Source of the DNA: an uncultured Candidatus Poseidoniales archaeon
Lineage (GTDB): Archaea; Thermoplasmatota; Poseidoniia; Poseidoniales; Thalassarchaeaceae
Assembly: GCA_964343205.1 (NCBI GenBank)
Contig: CAYFID010000001.1
Coordinates: forward strand, 10,835 to 74,834
Length of the DNA stretch: 64,000 nt
Reading direction: 5' to 3'
In this document: one piece after another, positions 30,840-39,300 of the stretch
Layout: each line of letters begins with the position of its first letter
Numbering within the stretch: position 1 is the stretch's first letter
Made by a program: the position numbers and the translations under genes
The notes under the pieces: generated by a model
The model's input: the letters and a program-made list of their open reading frames with translations, nothing else
Database searches by the model: none
Told to the model about the DNA's origin: nothing

Positions 30840-32840
30840 ATGTCGCACGAAGGGGAGGTCAACGCGGATCTTTTCTTCGCACATGATTCCCCCAGAGAAT
30901 CACAAAGAGAGATGATATCGGATGGAATTGAGGCATTGAAGTGCGGTGGTTTCCTTCTTGCAGCGGCCCCTACCGGGATTGGGAAGACGGCTGCTGCACT
31001 AGCATCATCTATAGCAGTAGCAAAATTGTATTCAACTAGTCCCGAGACACCAAAGATTCTATTCCTGACGGGCAGACAATCCCAGCACAGAATTGTCGTT
31101 GACACAATTCGGGAAATAAACAAGAGACTTCCCCCGGGATTCTCCAAGTTAAAATTGGTTGATATTATTGGTCGGAAGAGCATGTGCAAGAATGTTGATG
31201 CAGTTGGGAAATGCCAATGTGAGGAAGGAGTCACAGAATCCGAGAGAAGGTTCCTTAGATCCGACTTGGGGGCATATATTCATTCAGAACCTATGCATGT
31301 TGACCAAGTACTGAAAAGAGTGGAGAAGCAAGATGTTTGTGCATGGGCAACTGCAAGAGAAGCAGCGAGATTAACAGATGTGATTGTCTGCGACTACAAT
31401 CATGTTTTCGTAGAGGGAGTTAGGGATGCGTCTCTACCGGCTATGGGAGTAGATTTGGGTAATTCGATAATTATCGTTGACGAGGCTCACAACCTCCCAG
31501 ATAGAATCAGGGGGGGTCTAGAAAGGAGGATTACGGACCAAGTCTTTAGAAGGGCTCTAGATGATATTGAAGAATACAAAGGTCACATGCAAAAAAGAGA
31601 GGATGACCTAGATATCCCCGAGTCGAATAAGCTTAGAGAAGCAAAATCCCTAGAGAAGCAAATCGGTGCTCTTCGAGAAGATTCGGGGATAAAAAATTGG
31701 TTTGAGGAAAAGAAGTCTGAAAACGAGCGAAGCAAAGGTGACGATGTAAGAGTAACAACTCAAGAGTTCATTGATGTCGTGTCAAATGCAATTGAAGGGG
31801 TTCTAGATGAAGATGCCAATGATGGAATTTCCAGAATCAAGATGATGATCACACGTTTATTGGCCGTGATAATCGAAGAAGAGGAAGATTCTGATGATGA
31901 AGAGCAAAATGACTGCACTAGACTGGCAGAGATTCTGGAGATATGCATTAGATATCGAAACAGTCCGGCATTGGCTCTAGTTTTTGATGAAAAAATGAGT
32001 GAGCCGAGAGTGACGAGTCATCTACTGGACCCGAGCGTAGTGGGCGAGTCAATCTTTGAACAGAGTCTTGGATCGATTCTGATGTCAGGAACTCTCTTCC
32101 CGCCTGAGATGTTCTCTAATGTTCTAGGGGTTCCAAGCGTTCGAGCCAAATGTAAGGAGTACTCATCGGGTTTCCCTCTGAGCAATAGACCAGTGCTGAT
32201 TGCAAGTGATGTTACCACCAAGTATACAGAACGAGAGAAAAGTATGGAGTCGATATTTGCCCATATCAAATCTGTGATAGACAATACAAAGGGGAATGTG
32301 GCAATCTTTGCTCCAAGTTATTCGATGCTCGACAGGATTCATGACCACTTCGATGATAGTTGGATTCCGAAAACTATCCTAAAGGAGGAGCAAGGAATGA
32401 ATAAAAGGGGAGTCCAGGGTTTAGTGGAGAGGCTCCATGAGCAAAAGGACATGGGGGGGGCAGCACTCTTCGGTGTCCTAAGTGGGAAGTTATCCGAGGG
32501 GGTTGACTACTCAGACAATGTCCTCAATGCCCTGGTCTGCGTCGGACTCCCAATGCCACCTCCTAGCGCAAGGCAGGATGCTTTGTTTGAGTACTATACG
32601 AAAAAATTCAACAGGAGCAGAGCATGGAAGTATGCTAGTCTACAACCTGCAGTAAACAGCGTTTTGCAAGCCCTTGGTAGGCCAATAAGGAAGAAGGAAG
32701 ATAGGGCGATTATAATTCTCCTCGAGAAGAGGATGCTAGGGCGAAGAGAAAGCGATTGCATGCCGAAGATGCATAAGATGCAGACCTCAAACCCTTCAAG
32801 AACGGGGGAGCGAGTGAAGGCATTCTTCGAGATTTCGTGA
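30840..32840 (+). CDS. xpd: XPD/Rad3 (DinG-family) Fe-S DNA helicase
   Basis: Q motif RESQ, APTGIGKT, Cys cluster (MC...CQC...VC), DYN, DEAHN, SGTL, EGVD, VGLP, QALGRPIR. Confidence 0.9.
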   Translation: MSHEGEVNADLFFAHDSPRESQREMISDGIEALKCGGFLLAAAPTGIGKTAAALASSIAVAKLYSTSPETPKILFLTGRQSQHRIVVDTIREINKRLPPGFSKLKLVDIIGRKSMCKNVDAVGKCQCEEGVTESERRFLRSDLGAYIHSEPMHVDQVLKRVEKQDVCAWATAREAARLTDVIVCDYNHVFVEGVRDASLPAMGVDLGNSIIIVDEAHNLPDRIRGGLERRITDQVFRRALDDIEEYKGHMQKREDDLDIPESNKLREAKSLEKQIGALREDSGIKNWFEEKKSENERSKGDDVRVTTQEFIDVVSNAIEGVLDEDANDGISRIKMMITRLLAVIIEEEEDSDDEEQNDCTRLAEILEICIRYRNSPALALVFDEKMSEPRVTSHLLDPSVVGESIFEQSLGSILMSGTLFPPEMFSNVLGVPSVRAKCKEYSSGFPLSNRPVLIASDVTTKYTEREKSMESIFAHIKSVIDNTKGNVAIFAPSYSMLDRIHDHFDDSWIPKTILKEEQGMNKRGVQGLVERLHEQKDMGGAALFGVLSGKLSEGVDYSDNVLNALVCVGLPMPPPSARQDALFEYYTKKFNRSRAWKYASLQPAVNSVLQALGRPIRKKEDRAIIILLEKRMLGRRESDCMPKMHKMQTSNPSRTGERVKAFFEIS

Positions 32841-32879
32841 GCAATGGGTTCATGCGAGTCGGGGAGTTGGGGTGTTCCC

Positions 32880-33335
32880 ATGGAGTGGACCAGGGTTAAC
32901 GTTCAATCGGACGACGATTCCGTTGAAGGTACCCTTGATTTTGAAGATCTGAAAATAGGGCTTGACACTAATGCTGAGTCAATGCACGAGTCATTTCTCA
33001 AGGGCTTGCCCCACCTTTCAGAAGTCCAAGAAAGACACAGTGGCGTGGTGTCAGATATAGAGTCGCGGGCACTAAGTACAACAGTCTCGTCATTGGGCGA
33101 CTTCCTCTCAGAATTCGGAGGAGAATGGAGCGAGTCAGAAATCAGGATTCCATTACAAGTGGAAATGAGGGCAGACGTTGTAGTGGATGCCAAGGAATAT
33201 CATGGGAGTCAAGTGGTTCGAATTATTTCTCCAGAGAGGTTTGGGGGCATGTTCAGGTCCTTCCATCTGCCTGAGGGCAGGAATATCCTGGGGGCGTCCT
33301 GGGAAGGGGAGATTCTCTCCATCAAGATAGGTTAA
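32880..33335 (+). CDS. Hypothetical acidic protein with an Hsp20/alpha-crystallin-like C-terminus
   Basis: Ends PERFGGMFRSFHLPEG...ASWEGEILSIKI, which resembles the last strands of the alpha-crystallin domain. Start could be 32844. Confidence 0.5.
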   Translation: MEWTRVNVQSDDDSVEGTLDFEDLKIGLDTNAESMHESFLKGLPHLSEVQERHSGVVSDIESRALSTTVSSLGDFLSEFGGEWSESEIRIPLQVEMRADVVVDAKEYHGSQVVRIISPERFGGMFRSFHLPEGRNILGASWEGEILSIKIG

Positions 33336-36300
33336 TCACTCGTCTGACTCGAGTTGCAAGGGGCCTCTAGTAGGCATTTCCTGAATTGCTTCTATCTCCT
33401 GAATTACTGAAGAGAGGGCCAGCTGTGCGTTGTCCCTGTGTGAGTCCCCAAGGACGTGACTAGAGTATCGGGCCTCTTCGAATATTCTGTCTAAGGAAAT
33501 CAGAGAAGCCTCGCTGATAGGGAGTGCTTGCCTGATTGCGGATTCGAACTCTCTGACCGTTTCGAAATTGCGGCGCAAGAAGCTCCTTCTCATCAACACC
33601 GAACAAAGATTCTGGTAGCACAGGAAAATCGCCTTCCTGTACTCATCTCCGGAGGCCAGCATCTCGGCGGTCTGACTGAATACGCTGGCAAGTTCCTTAA
33701 TAGCGGATTTCCTCCTTGTATTCACCAGCATGGCGCCGATGGACAAAGCCGCAGCAGCAGCCAGTAGAGCTCCAATTGCAACCGTAGCGGATCCGAAGAG
33801 AGATCCCGAATCTTGCTCCTCGTAATCTATCTGTACCCCTCCAGTTGGCAACACGGCTAGGCTTCCAGGGTCGATGTATTCAGAGTCGGACCCAATCATC
33901 ACGCTGAGCCTGCCCCATGAAGACAGGTCTGATAGTGGGGGCATGGGTGCTAGAGACTTGAACTCGTAATCGAACACCCCCTCTGAGCTCGTTAGCTTGG
34001 ACATTGAGAAGTGTGAGGTGCTTCCATTCAGAAGAATCGCCGTCATGGACAAGCCCTCCATGGGCTCCCCTGTGTCCTTTGCAGTTACGTTTACAGTCCC
34101 CCTAATCACCCTCTGTCCTATTGATAGTTCTAGATCCGATAGGACGAATTCAACCTCGACCAGAATCATGACATCTACGTCCTTCGATGCCCCGTTGAGG
34201 AATCTGTCCTGATCGGATTCCACCGCTATTGTAATCGTGTTTTCTCCCGGGTGCATGTATTCTTGGGCCTTTGCCCTGATTTGGAAGTTCATCGTGTTCG
34301 GGTTGTCCCATGGCCCCAAAGTAGTTGGAAGAGCTGAGTCACCCCACCACAGCGTCATAGTCAGATTTCCAAATATTGCAGAGTCGCCCCCGACTTCCCG
34401 TATCAGACCCTGAAGCATTATCGAACTCGAAGGTGAGGGATCTCCTCTTACGATCGTGTTGGTTATTGGCTGAATCTCGATTACTATGTCAGAAAGGGCA
34501 AAGACCGTGAGCACAGAGTCTGTTGGCAAGTAGAGGAACTCGCCGCCATATTGGAAGGTGACATTGTGGGACCCGCGACTGAGGGAGTACTGGACTCGTT
34601 GGGAATAAGAAAACAGTCCCCCGGCCTCAGTGATTACAGTTTCCACAATTGAGCCATCTAACAGCACCAAGACCTCCCTGCCGTCCAAGCCCTGTTCGAA
34701 TCCGGTGTCCGATTCGAACAAGCGTCCGGTGAAGTTCCACTCCCCCCCTCTGGTGGCGTACACTTCCTCGACTTGTAAAGAAATAGACGTGTGGTATGAT
34801 ACGGTGAATGATGATTCAGTGCTACCCTGTCTGTAGAAACCCTGGGCTGGAGAGACTGCAGAAACTGAGTGATTACCGATTTCCATGGACTCGGGCAAGG
34901 TCCAGTTTAATGACCAAGTTCCATTGTCTACAGAGCTGGCCATTCCCACAAGCAGCCCGTCCACGAAAACCTCGATTGTATGGCTGCCTAGCCAGCCATC
35001 CTCTAGATTGTCCTTTACCCTGCCCGAGATCGTAAGAGTATCGCCAACTGCTACTGGGTGGGGTTCTTCAATTGTAACGAAAACCGGGGAAAATACGGTA
35101 AATACTACTGAGGAGTTTGAAGGAAGAACGAATTGCTCTCCTTCGTATGACACCTCAATAAGTAGAGGGCCTAGGTGCATGTCTGGAGAGATCGGTACAA
35201 AGGCAGTGAAGGAGCCGTTACCAGCTACTGACAAGGATGTTAGTTCCTCTCCGTTAATTGTCAGCACTAGCTCCCTGTTGGGTAGGGCTCTACCGACCCC
35301 ATCTGTTAGCATACCCTCGATGAGGGCAACCTCTGATCTGTCTATCTCACCTGGAGGGGTGGAAATCACTATTTGTGAAGTCTGGGTGACATTGAATCCC
35401 ACGGAATCAGATGAGCCAATGTAGTACTCTGGGTTGATTGAGTCCCCTTGGCCCATTGGGTCGACCCATGAGAAACCCCCTAGGAACTCGACTCTAGCAG
35501 TGTGCAAACCGAATTCCATGTCCGCGGGAATCTGGAATGTTATCGACCACTGGCCAGTGGTTGCGTTGGAGACAGTCGTGTATGAAGGACCAACATCTAT
35601 ACCGTCAATATACAGGTGGATAAGCCCCCCGAGTGGGTTCCCGTCATCCTTCAGTGGCTGTCCTCTCTCGTCCATTAGCGAGCCAATGAGTGTTACTGAA
35701 TCCCCGGCAATTGACGGAGAGGACGCCTCCTTCAATGTCAAGACGGTGGGGGCCAAAACGATTACGCGAGTCCATGTCTCGTCACCAAGGAGTCCAATTG
35801 ATCCATTTATCCCAGAGAATGTGGCGTTGACCACCATTGGACCGGGATCCCGGTCATCCCTAACTACGATGGAGGCAGATGCGAGCCCATCAGAATCCGT
35901 GATGCCCCCCCATACAGTGACGTTGTCAATCTTGACGATTAGGGTAGCGGATTGGAGAGGGGTTCCTGAGTTGTCAATTATTGAGAGATTTATGTCAAAA
36001 GATTCCCCTCTTAACGTTCTGCTGTCCGAGTCTAAATCGTCGGGGCTCTCGATTGTTAAGAATGAGTATCCTCTGCTGTCGAATGTAGAAAATCCTGAGG
36101 CAGAGGTGAAGTAAGTTACCTGAGGGGTGAAGTCTACTTCGATAGAATGAGGGCCTCTGGGGAAAGAAAGTTCCAGTCTGATTTGGGCTATCCAGGTCCC
36201 ATCAGATTGGAATGAGACTTGAGGGACGGTGAATGTGTCTGTTTCGCCATCTATCGTAAATGTCAGAGTTGGGTTAAGTGCGTTTCCTGTTCTGTCCGTA

Positions 36301-39300
36301 AGCCCGCTTCCGTTGCTAGATGTGAGTGAGCCTGAGACATTGAAGAACTCGCCCGGGAGGGGGTTAGCAGTAATTTGGTCAATGGCCATGCTAGTGGATG
36401 ATCGTACTGTGATGGTGTTGAGGACCTGTACTGCTGGGTTCAGGTCTTCTGACCCGTTGAATACGAATGTGATATTAACCAAGCCAAGTGGGTGGTTATG
36501 GGGAATATCGAACTCGAAAGCGACGCTGCCGTCGGCAGCGGTTACATCGGGATCTAACCAGGTTTGGTGGAATCTGGCATGGATAGTCAGCCCCGACAAT
36601 GGTGCTTCATTATTACTGAACTCAACTAGTCGGGTCGTAATTGTGGCTGTTTCTCCTCTGTTGACTATTGTGTTGATGAATGGGTTTGAATCTACGAATT
36701 GTGAGACACCCATTACTAGGATCGAGGCGTCTCCCGTACCGGTGAGGTAGAATGGAGTCGAGTCGTTAACTACGCTTACGATTACGGTCCTGTCACCTCT
36801 TAGAACGCCATTTCCTAGGGTGTCTGTGGGGACTGTTACGTTGAAGGATCCAGTAGCATTTGTCGTGTAATTTTCAATCAACAACTCGCCGGGCTCGTCG
36901 AGGAAGAATACGTTGATTCCGACAGGGCCCTCGATCGATCTGTTCGAATCCACGGAGTCAAGAACTGTCCCTTCGATGATAAATGGCTGAAGAGCGGTGA
37001 CCTGCGAAGGTATTGAGGTGATATCTACAGAACTGTCTACTTGCACAGTAAGATTGACGATGCTCTCATTTCCAATCCACCTTCCTGCTCCGGCAGTGGT
37101 TAGGTTATCAGTGAGGTCGTCTGGGGCGTGGACCCTTACATCGTAGAAACCAGGAGGGGTGGAGGCGGGGACTACTGGATTGAAGGAAAATCGCCCTGCA
37201 GAGTCGGTGGTCCCACTCTGCAGTAGCTGCTGCAGAGGCCCCCCCCAATCGAAATATAGATCCAGCGATACGCCAGAGATGGTTTCTGTGGCGTCTTCAA
37301 TGTCAGTCACTGTGGATTCCACAATTAGCTGCTCTCCGGCAACTAGGATGATTGACTGAGGGGTTGACTCGACAACGAATTCAGTCTGTATGCCAATCTG
37401 GATAACTGACGAATCACCTGCATTGTAGTATGAGTCTCCTTGAGGAGGATTTACAGAGAAATCTAGCCTGATTTCTAGGTCATAGACACCAGAGGAAATC
37501 CCAGAGGGGATTTCGAAGGAAAGGTTGTAGGCACCGTTTGAAGTGTCTAACCATCCCGATGCAAGAGTGTATACAGTTGGCGAGGCTGGGAAGCCCCCGG
37601 GGGTATTGGGGAGTTCGGACGGAACATTAAGCAGAGCCGTAACGGAGGAGTTGTTGCCAATCACTTGGGTTATCAGAACCATGTCCATTGCAAATCCAGA
37701 AACCCAATTCGTCGACCCGCGTGCCGTCCACTCCTCACCTAACGTAGCTGAGGCGTTAGCAAGGCCTTTGACTCGCACTATCTCCGAGGTCGAGTTCGGA
37801 CTTAGCCATGTGGAGCCACCGTAACTTAGCTCCCATGCATAGTCCCCGGGGTCCATGTCCAACTCTGGAGTGAAGCTTGTAGTAATCCTCCCAGAATCGG
37901 GGTCGGTTTGGTTCCAAACAGAATCGCCAGCGAAGTCTAGGTTGAAATCACCCTCGAAGGAAGCGAATGATGACCCGGTGTGGTCGGTGAGGAAAACGTC
38001 GGTATTGTGCTCTCTTCCCCTAATGGCCGGAGGTAGTGTATAATCGAAAACCACAAAGCTGCGAATTCCGAATATGTCACTAAACTGTTCTTGGTCGTTA
38101 GCATTAAGATCATCTGCATCGAACTGGAACCGAACTTCTACGGGTCCTGCTGGTAGAGGAACATCCGAGGATCCAAATAGCCAAGAAATCGAGAATTCCC
38201 CTGGTGATGACCCCCATGAAGAACTATTCAGATACCATGAAGAAAGCTGTTCGAAGGGTCCGGAAATATCTGATCTTCTCATCTCCAGAAATAGAGTGCC
38301 ATTTAGGGGCGTTGGAGATGGGCCGCGACTTAGCACTGTACCGTTTAGGAATATGTTACTATCGATCTCTAGGATCGAGTTATTTGTGCCCTCTGCCTCA
38401 AGAACTACGGATAGATTAGGAGATAGTGTGATGTTGAACTGGAAGGGGAAGGATCCGGGCCTAGCATGGTATTCAGGGGGAGTCGCATTATTTTGGTCAC
38501 TCGAGTGCCAGCCAAGGAATGAGATAGCTGCGCCAATTAGGCCTAGTGGTTCGGACTCATCGATTGGAACAGAGAATTCGTAGAACCCTCCGCCGGATAC
38601 ATCAGAAACAAGAGTTACCTCCCCATCTACTGAAGATGAAAAATTGAGGACAACCTGAAGATTGTCTACGATTGAGGGGTCTAGATTTGGGGAGCTAGAC
38701 CATGACAACTGTCCTGAGACGGTGGTGTTTACTCCAATCCCCAGCATTGGTTCGGTGATTGGAGATGGCTCATTAATTGAAATTGATACATCGTCCGACA
38801 CATTAAGCACCCATGGCAATGAAGAAAAGGTTGAGAAATCCAAGTAGCCAGTAATTCCTTGTGTCCCGACATAGCCCTTTTCTGAGGTAAGTATTACGAG
38901 AGATCCTAGTCCGGGCTGAATTACCTGTTCTGGAAGGCCGGTAAGATTGAAGGAGCCGTTGGAATCAGTTACCGCCGTGGCCACGATGTGCTCCTGAACC
39001 GCAGCTCTCCCGGGTATCTCTTCAGATAACTCTGGATCGACTAAATACAGGGTTACGGAGATATTGTTGGCAGCAGAGAGGTTGTCCAAGAAGACTAGGG
39101 TCCCATTTATCCAAATATGGTCGGAGATGGTGGTATTCCTCTCTACTGAATCTGGCCCCCAGGAATCCAGGGTCACGGATACCTGGGAAGCTGGAGGGCA
39201 GGCTTCGAATGGGAGCCACCCCAAATCAAGTTCCCCTTGGTTCTGATTTGTCTGCAAATGTACTTCTGCCCATCTAGTGAAATCCTTTCCGTAGACCTGG

